From IMG/VR virus record IMGVR_UViG_3300021168_000355, positions 1 to 64,000 of that record: 64,000 nucleotides of DNA; one strand, written 5' to 3'. Below are positions 63,543 to 64,000 of the stretch, piece after piece. Made by a program: the position numbers and the translations under genes. Source of the stretch: a virus. The notes under the pieces were generated by a model. It did not search any database, was not told the DNA's origin, and worked only from the letters and a program-made list of their open reading frames with translations. Every line of letters begins with the position of its first letter. Position 1 is the stretch's first letter.

Positions 63543-64000
63543 ATGACCGACCTCATCCCCTATCCCGATAGATCGCCAGATGACTGGCGTAAAATATTCA
63601 CGGAATTGCGGCATCGAAGGATCGCCCATGCTATCATCATGGGAGGCGAGATTCGCCAATTCCACGACACCTTCAACGGGAACCCCCAGCTGTGGGGGAC
63701 GAACTGGAGAGCGGTGTGCCGAGAGATTATCGGCATGGACCACTCTGCTGCATCCCAATACGAAACGATCTGGCGAGTCCTTGGTGGCGATCTTGATCCT
63801 GTAGTCAGGAACGCACTGCCAGAACGTCCCTACACCTTATATCTTCTCGCGCGTGCGGTTGATACAGATCGCGAGCGAGTTGAAAAGGCGATCATTGAGG
63901 GCACCATCCACACTGCCATGAGTCAAAAGGAAGCGAAACACTTTCTTGACGAGACGCTGGACATTGAGGCAGAGGAAGAGGAAGTGCGAGAAGTTAAGGA
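63543..64000 (+). CDS. DUF3102-like protein, paralog 3 (runs off the window)
   Basis: Hand-translated MTDLIPYPDRSPDDWRK...IRQFHDTF...WG.NW..VC..I...YETI.RV...VRN.LP...L.L.ARAV..DR. Confidence 0.65.
   Translation, partial: MTDLIPYPDRSPDDWRKIFTELRHRRIAHAIIMGGEIRQFHDTFNGNPQLWGTNWRAVCREIIGMDHSAASQYETIWRVLGGDLDPVVRNALPERPYTLYLLARAVDTDRERVEKAIIEGTIHTAMSQKEAKHFLDETLDIEAEEEEVREVK

Noticed and set aside
1-64000. tRNA or rRNA genes
   Set aside because: No cloverleaf or T-loop GTTCGA context recognised by eye; tRNAscan-SE would confirm

Overview
This window is most of the genome of a tailed dsDNA phage with a contractile tail. Its head module is of the DUF1073-portal / DUF2213-protease type, similar to Bcep781/OP2. 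The host is probably an alphaproteobacterium, inferred from the GcrA homolog, DUF3309, the PEPxxWA-CTERM protein and TTGACA-N17-(GC)TA promoters. Layout: (1) 1-9.4 kb on the + strand holds a 7-deazaguanine DNA-modification cluster (queD, queF, dpdA-like, queE) mixed with a beta-clamp-like gene, family A DNA polymerase, a DUF3102-like protein, GcrA and a structured RNA candidate. (2) 9.4-43.3 kb on the - strand holds the terminase, head, tail, baseplate, fibre and lysis genes. (3) 43.4-51.5 kb on the + strand holds an SNF2 helicase, a nuclease, the PEP-CTERM protein and many small ORFs. (4) 51.6-54.7 kb is a GC-rich leftward mini-operon plus a non-coding origin/terminus-like region. (5) 54.7-64 kb on the + strand holds primase-VirE helicase, ProQ/FinO, SSB and two more DUF3102-like paralogs. 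No integrase, tRNA, CRISPR array or reverse transcriptase was seen. Best novelty candidates: a phage-encoded riboregulatory system (ProQ/FinO plus at least four structured RNAs, three with C-rich or anti-SD loops and one pseudoknotted); a phage-borne exosortase substrate; a modular branched receptor-binding fibre set; a dispersed TTTTAGTATACTAAAA operator element; and possible clamp-coupled preQ1 DNA modification. All family calls are by eye from motifs, without database searches.
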